A DNA stretch of 64,000 bases from Chiloscyllium plagiosum (lineage: Eukaryota). Below are positions 28,201 to 43,200 of this stretch, in pieces. The stretch spans positions 66,051,049 to 66,115,048 of the forward strand of contig NC_057719.1 in assembly GCF_004010195.1 (NCBI RefSeq). The letters run 5' to 3'. A model generated the notes under the pieces. It ran no database searches and had not been told where the DNA came from. It saw only the letters and a list, made by a program, of their open reading frames with translations. Made by a program: the position numbers and the translations under genes. Position 1 is the first letter of the stretch. Each line of letters starts with the position of its first letter.

Positions 28201-31200
28201 TTTTAACACTCTATGTTTCAGTCTGGTTGTTGCAGCCAAAGTCCTTGTCAGCTGGTATCCTACTTATACTGCACTGATGGAAGTGTAATCTCCACATACT
28301 CTATTTCTTTGCCCTCAAATTCCTGAGCTCTTAGAAACAAAATGGGACTTTACACAGCACTTACACTCCACATGTGGTCAAACCTAAGCAGCACAGCTTT
28401 GCATTTCTCCAGTTAGGCTGGAGCTCTGCCCTGTAGCTATACGATAACTTTATCATTGCAGTGAATCTAAAGTTGCATGTTTGACTGGCTTAGGTCCTAC
28501 CATTTGACACAAGCCCCCTAAATCTGTTCTCTGTTCTTAAATATTTCTTTCCTGTCCAATTTTAAAAGCCATATCAATATGTTTTCAACTGCATTGGTGA
28601 TAAATTTCACAACTTCTGCTGCAATCACTCTGCATATTCCATCTTATGTGAATAAACTTGGTCATTTATTACATTAAGACTGCTATACTAGGGATTGCAG
28701 TTGATGTAACAGTACTCAAACCAGAAATGTACTGATGGGAATAATGTCAGCAAAGCAGCAGTTATTTATACATCCTACACTGCAGTGCATTACATTTCAA
28801 AGACAATTTTCACAGGATCCAACCTCTATAATATACTTGAATCGTTGCTCAAATCACCACTTCTAATTTAATCATAGTAGTGTCAGCATCAACAAATACA
28901 AAAATGGTCTTCAATACCTTCATTCAACTTTACTGTCTCACTTTGATTCTCTTTCATCTTATCAATTCCCATTACTTTTCCTCAACTAACTTATCTTTCT
29001 TACTGTTTTTGCTAGAAGTTGTATTTTCAGTAAGTGACTAGATTGGAAAGGGCTCATGCCAACAATGTGTTGATTGTATGGGCTTCTATGGTCAGTAAGA
29101 TTACACAATTAAGAAATCATAGGATGGGTACAATCTTCATTTACTCTTGATTTGCAACAAAACCCTTTACATACAGCCCTGAGGTTTGTAAAAACAGTGA
29201 GAACTTTCTAAGTTACCTTTAGAAGTTAAATATTTGAAAAATAAAAGCATCTACTTTTGTAATTATTAGTAACATTAGTAACTGGATGGTAGATTTTGAC
29301 AAACCTGCAAGTCAATCAACCTATCTGGAAAAGGAAATCTCCTTTAATAAGGTTTTGGAAATGTCACGCACCTTGGCAAAAAACTTTATCTCCTGCTCAT
29401 GAGGAGATTTATCCACTTTACCACTACTGACAATAGCCTCTGTCAATACAAACACAGATTATTGAATCACAGCTAAACATTATGCAGAAATGAAACAGTG
29501 GAATAGATACAATTAACCTTTGAAAAGTATAAATGTGTGGTCAAATACTCTCACACTGAAAGAAGTGCTACTGATCAGCTCAAAAACTTTATTTATTTTG
29601 AATAAAATTTCTGTGAATTTTAAAGGACTTAAAGACTCTGCATCATTAGTGTAGACAAGTGCTCCATTAAGGTATTCCCCAAGTAGTTAGTTTTTGATCC
29701 AAGTTCTCCTATGAAGAAACAGGCCAACTAAGGCCATGGTGCGCAGGAGAAACAGGCTACACAAATGGTTCAGTACATATCCTTATAGTCAGCTACATAG
29801 CAAAATGACCAAGGGGCAGGCAACAATTTGCCAGCGTACACTCACAGCTCACTACAATTGCACCATGGTGAAATCTACTATATCAAGTACTCTAAATGAA
29901 AATTGAAAGGAGGCCAATTTTCCTCAACATTTGACAACCTACTAATTAAACTGTATTCTCCAAACACAGTCAGCATGTTGCTGTTTCATTGGAGAATCAC
30001 TCATTATGGATGAGAATGCATATTTCCTCATCATTTTGATTCAAGGGGAAATTTGATAGAGAAAAAAGTTCCTTTTTAAACAAAACCTTGCAAATCAAAT
30101 GCTCATTAACTTAAACAGCAAGCATTTCATACCACAATAAAGGGACAGCATTGATAATTTAATAATCTACTCATTAATTTCAGTTCAATTTTATATATTT
30201 TGCAACTGAAACCAATTACCAATATCATTATTATTGTATATTTTATATATTTGATTTGCCTTGGAGCAACACAGCAATGACAAGTTTCTAAATGTGCTGT
30301 GGTATAAGTTAATGGCTGTAAAAGGGTTAATATTGCAGACTTCGCTAAGCTCCACACAGGGTGATACCACACAGTGAGAGTGAGGAAATCCGGAAATCGA
30401 TCTGGATCTCAAAAAGGACAAATCTATTATCTTTATCCCCCCAATAGTCTTAGTGAAAAAAAAGGTAAAGGTGCTAAAGTCCTGCCAGACCATAGAGAGA
30501 GAGACATGACAAGTAGTGGTTTAACTGCAAGGTGACGACAGCTCAGGCAAGGAGAGAGATTGAGAAAGACAGTTGTTCATGATAACCTCAGCTAGTGTGG
30601 GAATTGAACATATGTTGCTGGTGTCACTTTGCATCGCAAACCTGCATCCAGCCAACTCAGTCTTAGTAATAATATCTATTTAGTTAATATAACTTGTACT
30701 TTATCTCTTGCAATTAACGATATCCTGTTAAGGCAAGAGCCTCTTTGTGTTAAGATTCAGTAATCTCAGACATTCATCTTTGACCAACTGAAGGGAAAAA
30801 CAACACCATTCGCCCAGTGTATACTACATGTGCAATAGCTTTTATTGTATAGCTTTAACCTATCATTAGATACTAAAATATTCTTAAAGTATCACAGTGA
30901 AAACAGACTGGGCAATTTTAACCTTCCTACCCAATATAGATTATGTGAATGTGCAGTTCAATTCACATCCAAGGTTGTTACCATCAGGGATTTGCCAATC
31001 TCACTTTGACCTGCTAAGTTGAGCAGACAATGAGCAGACTATTTGAGGATGCTCGGGACAATATTGTTTTTAAACCAATGCATGCCTGACCCTGCTGACT
31101 TCACTGAGAACGCACAGAGAATGGCCTGGGTGGGAGCCTGACGAGTAATGGCAACAGAAATAAGGAACAGGGCCTCAATCTCATTGTGTGACCAAAAGGC

Positions 31201-34200
31201 ATTGCTATCTGGGTCCCTCAAAGAAAGTTCATGCATTCCTTATAACAGGTAGGAGGTTAGATAGTTTCTAATCGACCTGCTCAGAGATGTTATTACACAC
31301 TTTAGGGACAGGCAGGACTTGAACCCAAACCACTTGGTTCAGAGGCAGGGACACTATCATTGCACCAGAAAATCCCTAGGTGGGAGGTTAATTTTTTATT
31401 ACTTGCATCCAGAAGTGCTCTTACACACGACTGAACTTTTTTTTCTTATTACCAAATCACCTGTGGTATTTTTTTCATCTATTAATCACTACTTAATTAC
31501 CTGTGTTTTCCAATTGATTAATTTACATGCAAAGGCCATTAAGGGCAATATACCAGTGGAACTTAACAAAGCAGCAGCTAAACCTCTCTGAGTTTATCTA
31601 CAAGAGAAAGGTGTAATGACCTTAATGGGGCTGCTATGGTGCAGTAGTAGTGTCCCTGACTCTGAGCCAGAAGGTCTGAGTTAAGTTCCAGCTACTCCAG
31701 AGGCATGTCATAACATATCTGGACAGGCTGATTTAATAAAAAAAACTGCAATGAGCTTAGTACTTAATAGTTTTCTGCCAGTAACTGACTGGTTTTGTGT
31801 GCAGCATGCAAAATACAGAACCAGAGTACAAATTTAGCTCTTCATATTAGTGTAACAAATTTACATCACTAGTTTTCTTGAACACTTTTAATAGTGATAT
31901 GAGTCATTTGCACAATGAATATTTCTGTTAAGTGTAGAATAGATTAATATTTTGTGTTTTAAAATATAAATATTAGCATTGTAAGTGTTAATGGTTGAGA
32001 ATTAGTGGTGGCTAAATATGATTTCAAATGTAGTCACGTACCTAAATGTGCAATAAACTCCTGCGCTGAGTCGACACATTGAAGCACCTTTACTAAGAAT
32101 TTATAAGCAAATCGCTTCTCAAAAGAGGAGGAGTCCAATTCCATGTCCTTTAGGCCTCTGTAAACACAAGTTCAAATCAGTGAGCTATGCAACTTCTGAC
32201 ACCAGTGCTCTTTGTCACGTTTTATTGGTTAGTGCTGAAAATACTAAGACTGTCCAACATGGACAATGAAATAGTGTTAATTGGGCTGAATTGTGTCTCA
32301 GTGACAGTGGATGGTGGAGAAGGTGGGGATCAGGGTTCAGAGTCCAAGGGAGGCTGGCACAAGTTGTCCGAACAGCTCTCTGGTGCTGTCCCAGTTCCAG
32401 GGACTATTTCCAGGGGTCACGTGCCATTGGATTCTAACAGCCTGCTCCAATAAGGTTGACAGATAATGAAGTAGTTTACTGTAATGCCCTTCTCAAAGGT
32501 AATTTTCTCCTGATGTTTCAACTTTTCCACATTGAACGGTCCTGCATCTCACTCCAGGCTGTATCTTATAGAGACAACCTCTTGCCAGGGCATCCTTGGA
32601 TGAATTAGTTGATGACATAACGGGTACCATAATTTTAATTATGTTTCAACAGGACCCACAGAAAGACTTCGGCAGGAGTTATTCATTCACTGTTATGATC
32701 CAGTTCAGGGTTAGTGTTTAAAAATACATCAAAATTGTTTCCATTTTAAAACCAATTGTAGTAAGGCCACAAGATTTTACTTTGTTCAAAGGGAACATAA
32801 ACTTCTACCTAAAGAAAATAAATAAAACACACACTATTAACTTAACAATATGCTTTATAAACATCGATGCTATGCACTTGGGTTTATCTTTCACTTCTCC
32901 TCAGAATTCTCTTACAGACACGTTAATCTTAAAAGTGACTAACTCTGTCGGGGCTACCTATAATTAAAACACAGCCCTTTTGAGAAACCTTTTCTCAGCT
33001 CCTACTATTCTCAGATGTAAAACTCATTTTCCCTCTTGAATGTAGACGTTTTAGTTTTTCATTCTCATTACTTTCTCAATAATTTCTTTGAACCTGGTTG
33101 TTTTGCAGTCAGATCCTATGAGGTCTATTGCAGATTTTTCCACTAACATCAAATGAGACAATATTCTAGCTTCTGTCCCTGAAATATTCAAACTAGGCCT
33201 CATCCAACTTGCACGACGAAGTTGGTATCTTATTCTGTTTTATAGCGTAGGTCTGTCTAACTACCATTCAGTTCCTTCATTGAGTGGCAAACCACATTTG
33301 GACCAAAGTGCAACTCAAACCGTCTCCCAGAGAGACAGAGGAAACAAATCAGTCAAAAGAACAGCTTTCCTAAACTTTTCCCATCTTGACATTGTAGAGC
33401 GCTGCGGGCTGTTCTTAAAATGACCTTTAGGTTAATTCCCCTGTCAAAAAAGTGACCAAATTTGACACAAAACTGTACAGAAGTAATTTTTGTCACAAAG
33501 CAATTTTGCAGCAAGCTTTCTGGCCTGTTAGCTACAGTGCAGTCTGAGACCTAGCTGAGAAATTCTGCTTTGATAAGCCTGACCTTGCAGCTGCAAGATG
33601 TCTCTGCTCCTCAGTGCCATTAGTGCTGCTCCAGAGAATGATGTATTGTTTCTCTCTGGCCTTTATTGGAAATTCTAGCCAAGCTAAACCTGGAGTATAA
33701 GTTAATATTCAGTTTTGTAGACATTAAGAAATGTAGATCTGGACAATTTATGGGAACCTTATGACTGACCCTAGGTTGCGTAATTAATGGGCAGTGAGCT
33801 TATATTTTACTATGTAACTTGTAACATTCTGTATTTCATTGGAATACGTCGGGTTTTGTTTTGAACCAAGATGTATTCCCCACGTGATAAAGCTAATTAA
33901 TTGCTCAAGGTCTCATCTCCTGACTACTTTGTTTTAAAATGATTTGGCACAAGATTTATTTTTCCCCAACATTCCTCTAATTTACAAATTCTTCTTTGAT
34001 CTGATGGAATTGTATGGGATTTTCACCTTTTCCTGGTTTACTGAGTACTTTTAATTCAATTTAACTCTAACTTCTAAACAAAAATTCACTGGATTGCAAT
34101 TACTGCAAGCTTTGCAGGTAACACATCTCCAGCTTTTTAGCTAACTAATAATAATATACTTGATGTTACATAACTTGCTCTCCTCTGTTCAGACCTTTAT

Positions 34201-37200
34201 AACATAAACCTAAAAGTTATATTCCTAAAACTAAAGTTATGTTCTTAAACATATAAACCAGTGACTAGATATTCAGAACATCATGTTCAGGTTCCTGACA
34301 GACATCTATAACCCAATTACTCAACTAATACCTGGAAAGGGATGGGTGAAGATTTGGAGGTGTTCATTTTATCAGAAATAATTGGCCAGGCTGGACCTCC
34401 ATCCATTGGAGCTGAGAGGATTGAGAGATTATTTTATTTAAGACGATCCAGAAGGGCTTGACAGGATGGATGCTGCAAGAATCGTTCACCTTATGGAGAA
34501 ACAGTTTATAAAAAAAAACTCCCATTGAAGTGAGAAAAGAGGAAAAGTATTTCCTCTCAAAGCCATAAGTTTTGGAACTCTTCCCCAGAGAATTGTGAAA
34601 GCAGGAATATTCAGTACTTTTACAGCAGAGTCCAATAGATGTTTGAATAACAAAGCAGTGAAAAATTAATGGGGTAGGCAGGAATGTGGACACATCCAGA
34701 TCAAACATGATCTTACTAAATGACAGAGCAACCTAGTCTTGCTTCCTATGTGTATGCTTGCATGTTTGTTTTTACCATTCAAGATGGAAACCTTCATGAG
34801 CACCTCCATTTTGAGCCCTTCAGGTCTCCCTCTTCTCAACCAGTGCTCACTTCTCCTGGTGGGAGAGATGTTGCTATTAGGATATTACTGTTCCTACCTG
34901 GTTTCTTGTTCCCTTGGTCCAGCCACTATCCTCAGATGGACAAAAAATGCTCAATTGGCCAATTCAGAGACTGCCTCACATAAAGTTACTTGGGCAGGTG
35001 CACTGAGAACATATATTGGCTTGTGATCCACACATATTTCCAAAGTTGTGATTCCAAAGCTTGTAGAAAGATTCAATCTAATGTTTCAGATTGATGGCTC
35101 TTTGCCAAGTTCTGACTGATGGTCATCAAACTGAAACATTACTCTGTTTTTCTCCCTTCAGGTGCTGCCAGACTTGCTGAGTATTTCCAAATAATTCAGT
35201 TCTTATTCCAGATTTCCAACATCTACAGTATTTTGTTCACTTTTTAATGTTTTACAGTTGATTAGTAAGATTACTACTCGCTCTTAGCTTTACATTTTAG
35301 ATTGCTCAGATTAACAGGGAAGGATGTTGTGAAAGTGGTGGAGGCTAATACAATTAGAGCATTTAAAAGGCATCTGGATGGGTATACGAATAGGAAGGGT
35401 TAAGAGCTGGCAAATGGGATTAGATTAATTTAAGATATCTAGTCAGCATAGATGAGTTGGACCGAAGGGTCTGTTTCCATGCTGTACATCTCTATGACTA
35501 CGACTCTATGACTCTATGTCAGCATTGTACTATGAAACAATACAAAAGCAAATTATATTTCCATTTTTATTTGCTCGGTTGTCACATGCCGGAAATATAC
35601 ATCTATTACCTGGACACTGCATAACCATTCACTTGGAGGAACTTGAAGAGTTCATGAGCCTTGTCACGATCACGAGCTTTCTCCTTGGCAGTCAAAGTAT
35701 CGTAAGGCATAAGTGAAGTTTGACTGCCACCACCTATTACAAGTTGACAAGTTGAAATATGGTGGTAGTTACTTTGCAGTTATCATCATGGTTTATTCAC
35801 CAAATATTCTGCCAGCAAAAACTAAACAAAAGACTGTGTTCTTGACCACTATTCATACAGACATCACCAAACAAAAAACAAACTGAATGAACTTCAACAA
35901 GAGAAAAGAACTTTACAGTGAGATTTGCCACACACAAAAACTGCATATTCAGAATTTTGCAGTCAGTCTTTTGTACCAAGTCATTAACAAATTTTATTGA
36001 TTCCAAGGAGGATTGCAATGATAGGTTCAGTAAAATTGTTGATTATAAAACTGTCATGCACAATTAGACATTTCCCCTTTTGGTGGAGTCTATAACTATG
36101 GGACACAGTTTTAGAACAAGGGTGTTCCCATTTAACATGGAAATGAGGAATCTATTTTCTCAGTGCGTTGTTAGCTTTTGGAATTCTCTTCTCCAGAAAG
36201 CACCAGTGACTGGGTTTTGAACTTTTTCAAGGGAGAGTTAGATCTACAGATGTGCTAGGGTTATGAAGGAGAGGCAAGAAAGTGGAGGTAAAGTTTAAAG
36301 GAGTCAAATTGCCTACTTTTATTGTTACTCTCACAGTCCTGTCTCAGGTGACGGTAATCACATGCAGTTTGGTACCTCAGAGTTTTAGCATAGAGCATAG
36401 CAACAAACCTCCTTCAATACAATGCAATTGCTTAACATCATTGCTTCCTTACCTCATGAAAGGGATCATTTAATATAAAACAATTCAAAAGTAACTTCAT
36501 GGATAGGTACCCAAATTACTTCAGTACAACTCACCTTTACTTTCTAATTCTGCTTTTCTCTTCTTGGCCCAAATATTATAATAGTTTTCTGCCATAAGCT
36601 CAGTCATTACCTAGGTCGTAAATGAACAATAACAAACAATTTCATTGAATAAATTACAAATTTTTGTATAGACTTGGAGTGATAGTTTAAAATAACACTT
36701 TATAATGTATGTGTGGTCAGAGAGAAAAAAAGACAGATTAATTCAGTGGCTCAGTAGTTAGCACTACTGCCTCACAGCACCAGGGACCTGGGTTCAATCC
36801 CAGCCTCAGGTGACTGTTTGTGTGGAGTTGGCACGTTCTCCCCATGTTTCCTCCCACAGTTCAAAGGTGTGTAGGTTAGGTGAACTGGCCATGTTAAATT
36901 GCCCATTGTATTCAGGGATGCCGAGGTTAGGTGCATTAGGCAAAATAGAGGGGAAGGGGTTGGGTGGGTTACTCTTTGTTGGCTTGTGTGGACTTGTTGA
37001 GCTAAAGGGCCTGTCCCCACACTGGAGGGATTCTAGCTTAAAGTCTGGTTTCTAAAGAATACTGCAACAGTATATAGCTGCTTTAAAAGAAACATTTAGT
37101 CAATTTACAAAGAATAGCTCTTTCACAGGGTGTGAGCATCACGGGCTGGGCTGGCATTTACTGAGGATCACTCACTGCCCTCAAGAGGGTAGTGGTGAGC

Positions 37201-40200
37201 TACCTTGTTGAATCACTGCACTCCATGTGGCATAGATATTCCCAAGATGTTGATAGAAGGGAGTTCCAGGATTTTGACGTATACAACATTAAAGGAACAA
37301 CAATATAGTTCCAAGTCATGATGCTGTGGGGCTTGGAGAAGAACTTACAGGCAGTGAAGTTCCCACACATCTGCTGCCTTTATCCTACTAGATGGGAAAA
37401 GTCATAGGTTGGAAGTTACTGTTGAAAGAGCCTGGTGTGCCAATCAAGCAGGCTGCTTTGGTGTAGAAGGTGTTGAGGTTCTTCAGTGTTATTGGAGCTG
37501 TATCTAACAACACTAGTGCAGAATATTCTATCACATTCCTGACTTGTGACTTGTAGATGATCAACAGGGTTTATAAAGTCAGGATGTCAGATACACACCA
37601 CAGAATTCAATGGTAAGCAGACAATCACACTGAAGTATTCTCACAGATAGCAACCAATAGAAATTATAAAAAGTGTGAAGGAAATGACAGAGATATAAAA
37701 TGTGGAAATGGATTTTTTTTAAAAAGTCAGAATACATACATTTGATAGTCCACAAATTCAAAATAGGTTGAGCAGGAATATTGAGGTCATTAAGAAATAA
37801 GAATGAATTTAGTATTTTTTTAGCAACAGTTACACTTCACTTAACAAGATGGGCTGAATCTTAGAGTTGTTCAGCTAAGCACAAACTAGGTTAAGTTATT
37901 TAAAGGATTTCTCACTATGTGGCCTAATGAGATTTCTCAACATAGCTTACCAGAATTACCTCATTAACTATCTACTCCTTCCTTATAGCTTCCCTCATCC
38001 AGATCCTATCCACACCTTACCACACTCTGTTACCGGAACAATTCACCACTCCATGGATATCTGCCAAAAAGCCAGAATCTCTTGTGTCTGCATCATCTTT
38101 TAAAATCTCTTACATCCATAGGGAAGCACTGCCAGTCCAGTGGTGCTCTGCACAGTTCCTGATGCAAATGCATTGCCAGTCCAGTGCAAATGGAGAATGT
38201 TGGTAACCTCATATGAAGGCAGGTACCTGGATGGTGATGGCGGATGAGTTGGTGCTGAGGTACAACTTCCTCTTCCCCCAGGATGAGAAGTGGAGAGTAA
38301 AATACCAGACTGTGCCAGCTGGTTCAAGGTTGCCACCCAGGTGAACGCAGTCTCAGACATCTGGAGAAATTCCATGTTCTGGAGGAAGAAGGTCAATACC
38401 TTCTCCATTCCACCAGGGTAATTGTCACCACCTTCTCTCCAATACCTCACACTCACTCTATTTCTGCTACTGGACCTACACCTTAACAACTATCATGCTC
38501 TCCCACTATTGTCTGCAACATTTTCTCCACACACTCTCATCCACCACAGCACCCGACAGCACTAATCTGCATGTTTCCAGTGCTGTCCACTCCCTTGGTT
38601 GGGACAGTTCCCCACCTACACTGAAAATACCAACTGTGCCACCATTTTCAGCTTTCATAGTATCTGCCGCTCTCTCCCTCTCATTTGAGGAAGAAAGCAG
38701 CCCCATACTAGGGCAGAATAATTCAAGATGGATGGTATGCTGCCTGACATTTGGCTCCTCACCCCTTATGTGGAAAGCATCTTGGTTCTGACCACCTCCA
38801 AGCAGCTGACTCACTATGGGCTGGTATTGGAGGTTGCACTTGTTTTATTGCACCATGGTATTCTGAATGAAAGCTACCTCCCTTGACTCAGCTGAGGACT
38901 GCTGGAAACCTTCTTGGCTTTGTGTGTCTGTACTAAATGGTCAGGCAAGACACAAGTAAGATAAGCCTGATATGTCTGCCTGAGGGAGCAAAGTGCAAAA
39001 AGGCAAGGCAATGTAAGGCAGGGATGCTGGGAACATCCAGGTAGGTTCAGAATAAGTGAGCACCACGAACAGCAAGTGAACAGGCTGGAAGGTACAGCCT
39101 GATGCAGTCCACTGGGACTGGGACTGGGTCTGTGACCTGAGTGCCAGGTCTTTGCAGCAGCATTACACTGAGAGATACCCATGCAACATCAAAGTGCAGG
39201 AGCATCCTGTAAATGGTTCAGAGATGCAGCATGAGGGTTTTTAGAGACTGGCACATGTCAGATGCTAATGTTCATGGATGTGAGTGTGTCTGTATGGCAG
39301 GTGCCCATGGACCATGCTTTGAGATGTTGGTGCCCAGTATCCAACATGTATGTTCTTTGGAGCAAGCAGTGAGCTGAAGTCACCAGGCAACCCGTTCTGA
39401 CTTCATGGCAAGAACTCTCAATGTCTACATGTTCTGCATGTTTGCCAAGGGAGAAAGCTGCACCCTACTGAGGTGAGTTGAACTATTATTGAGGCATTTA
39501 ACAAACAAAAAAAAACACTATTGATTGGCAACTCACCACTGCCTCGGCAAAAACTTAAAAGATTCAGCAAGGTGCTCAGTGTCAAGAAAAGTCTCTGCAG
39601 ATATCTGGCCTAACTCTGTCATGAATCATGCAAAAGCCCTCATTGTTCAGACCTCTGCATGATTCTGCCCAATGACTTTGGCAAGGGTTTTTACAGTGAC
39701 TAGGAGATAGTAAGGAATGCAGATGCTGGAGATCAGAGTCGAAAATTGTGACGCTGGAAAAGCACAGCAGGTCAGGCAGCATCCGAGGAGCAGAAAAGTG
39801 TGAGACTAGCCATGTCAAGAGGCAAATTTTCATCGGTGGAAGATTTCTGCTTGTTTATACTCTTGGGCAGTTCAACAGTGCAGCCCAGGGGAAGCACAGC
39901 ATTAATGATAGAAACTTCTGGATTTCTATAGAAACTGCATATGCTTTCAGGAGTTGCGGTTCAGATTCAAAGGAACAATGATGGTGAATGTGAATAATAT
40001 CCCCATTATAACTACTGCAAATCCAGGACTCGGTTTCCCTGACAATAGTTTTATTGATCATTGAAATAGCAGAGTGGTACGTTTCTGGTTGTTAAGATCA
40101 GTTTTCGAAGAGATTTCTTTTAATTTTTAATAGAAAACATCCTTGAAAGACATTTTTCAAAAACAGCCCACTTGTGGAGATACAGATTTCATAATGGCAT

Positions 40201-43200
40201 AAGCTTGGGAGTTCCAAGATTTTGATAAGAGCAAAGTACTGAAAATGGTGGCATTAGAATCACATAGCACAGAAACAGACCCTTCCGTCCAACTAGTCCA
40301 CACCAACCATAATCCCAAAAGGGGAGAGATTGAGAAGGAGAATCCTTCATGTTAACCTCAGACAGTGCAGGAATTGAACCCATGCAGTTGGCATCAAGCT
40401 GCATTGTAAACCAACTTTCCAGCCAACTGAGCTAACTGACCCTCTGGTTACTGAGGCTTAACCAGACACCTTGACATCATATTTGATTCCAAATGCATTT
40501 CTGATCCCATATCCATGCCAGCAGTCAGACTGTCTATTTCTACCTTTAGATTCATGAAAGGTAAGTTGAAGAAGATTGGTCAGGAGCACAAAGCAATAGC
40601 CAGGTCTAGACACAGCAAAGAGAGTTCCAGCAGTGAATGACCTAATACAGAGGTGGAATTATAAAGTCACCCAAAATCCACTGCACCTGTTCTAATTCAC
40701 TCCAGTGACATTGCATTTTTGCTATGCTTGCTGACTTACATTGGCTCCCATGACATCACTAACCTTGGCTTTGTGAGGACTCCTCAGTGATGTAAGTACT
40801 TCAATGCTGCAATTATATCGCTTTGGACTATCTGCTCTTACACTTGTTCTAAGTCAAAACTGTGAACAGGTCGAGGGCCAGGGTGTCATAGTGAAACACT
40901 TACTGAAAACTAGTCAGCAAGTATTAGTTAATACTGAACATTTAATAAGTAACAAGAATGAACTCTGAGAAAACTTGACCAACTAACCTGATTCTCTCTG
41001 GACAGCAAAGCATTAGACAAGTCAACAGGAACAGGGGTGTATCCTCCTGAATTCTGCAAGAAATGATACAAGTAATTTGCACCAAAATTCAGAGCCATTT
41101 TCATTCTAAATTTGAATGATTTATATCAAAGCACCTGTATAATTACGACTGACAGCATATTTAGCAAACAAGCTTGAGCTATTCATTTTATTTCTGGTAC
41201 TTGATTGTCACTGGAGTGAAATGCAGGCACTTTCAATGAAGTGAGATTTATTTGGCTCCATGGCCCCTGTGTTTGCAGAGAGATTGGTAAAGCTGAGAGA
41301 TTGGAAACAGCCAAAGAACTGACTAAGGCTAAGGTTGAGGAATTCCTGCTGAAGTTGACAGCAAGACACCATAACCTTTTCATTCCATTTCCAATGAGGT
41401 AGTCAGTCAAACTAACTGGCTGGGTGGCTGTGAAGGTAGAAAGACTAGTGAAAGGAGGTGAGTACTGCATAGAGTTCCAGGCAATTGAATAGGTCATTGC
41501 TGTGATAATGGTGTGGAGTCACCATTAGCTGGATGGAAGGAGATGGGGAAAATCAGAGTTTGTTGGGGCTTGGAGAGGAGTGGATGGTGGTGCTGACCAT
41601 TGATCAGCACCACCAAGAAAACATAACTGCTTGTCCAGGCTCACAGTTCCTGTAAAAGGTTATTTTCCTTGAGGTGCAAGCATTACCCAATCTTTCCTCC
41701 CCAAGGATCACATTTGTGTCAGGAAAATTTAAACTGTGCTCCCGAGTGCAACATGGGAAGTCTCGTGCCTCTCCACCCTGAGACTATTATGAAATTTGCT
41801 GCGGAACAAAGAACCACTAATAGGTCATAAGAACATAAAAGCTAGGAGCAGGAGTAGGCAATTCAGTCCCTTGAGCCTCATGGCCTGATCGCATCTCGGT
41901 CTCAACTCTACAAATGTTCATTGTCATGTTCTCAATTTGTTCCAAATCTGCTCGCCCTCCCTCCCTTGCCTTTCATGATAAAGTTCAGGAACAAATTCAG
42001 AATAGGCCATGGAAGAGTTTAGGAGAAAGTGAGGACTGCAGATGCTGGAGATCAGAGCTGAAAATGTGTTGCTGGAAACGCGCAGCAGGTCAGGCAGCAT
42101 CCAAGGAGCAGGAGAATCGACGTTTCGGGCATGAGCCCTTCTTCAGGAAAGGGCTGAAGGGCTCATGCCCGAAACGTCGATTCTCCTGCTGCTTGGATGC
42201 TGCCTGACCTGCTGCACTTTTCCAGCAACACATTTTCAGAATGGAAGAGTTTGACAATACCTGAGAAACTTTGCGCAATTTCTCACTTTCCAGGTGCTGG
42301 ATCATGGCTTCACTTTCTTTTGTTCTTTCAATGTTCCAATTCAAAGCCAGCATGACTCGGAAAGATTCCTTGGCTGGCCAGCGGTAAAATTCTTTTTCCT
42401 GTGTTTGAAGAATTATACACATCACCTACTTAAGACCGCATTTGCAAATATGCAGAATTAATTCTGAACATTTAACAACTACTCGATAAGTGACAAACTG
42501 TATTACATTTTGAAAATTTCAAACATCGAATTGTTTTGAGGTCATGATATCATAATAGAAACAGATACAGTATTTTTACTAAGTGAATGTTTTTTCTCAC
42601 AAAATATCAGCACGTTCCAATAATGTATTAAATGTTCTAATAACAACTATTACAACACAGATGACTCAAGGTTAACGCACTGCAGTAAAGAATCATTTCA
42701 TCTGACCACACTTCCAGCTATTTTGTCTACCTATTGAACCAGTGAGGGGGTTTGGTCCAAAAGCCAGTAACACTAAGTCAAAAATTACAGATGTCAAAAG
42801 CATTTTTTAAAGATGTCTGTGGAAAGGGTTGAATAACATTTAAAAATTTACAAAACTGATGTACAACTGCTATTGTCAAACAATTATCATTTGTGAGTCA
42901 CTGAAATTGTGTTTGTTACACTACCAATAAAGGTGAGTATGAATCTGCAAATCCTTCCAACATATGTGAATGGCAGGCAGGAAGAGTGGGAGGGAAGCCT
43001 GTTCATGTATGTGACAGAAGCAAAGTTGGACCCTGCAAAAAGTGTTTTTTTCCTGGAAAAAGGGTTTAAACAGCTCCCATCCATGTCCTCTCTTTGGCCA
43101 AGCTCATCCTCACTTTAAACAACATCTCCTTTAACTCCCCTCACTTTCTTTCAATCAAAGGGGTGGCCATGGATACCCATATGGGCACCAGTTATGCCTG

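Noticed and set aside
40735..40800. Strong minus-strand donor gtaagtcag near 40733-40739
   Set aside because: No RyR-like peptide or clear acceptor upstream; the expected exon is at 40988-41053.
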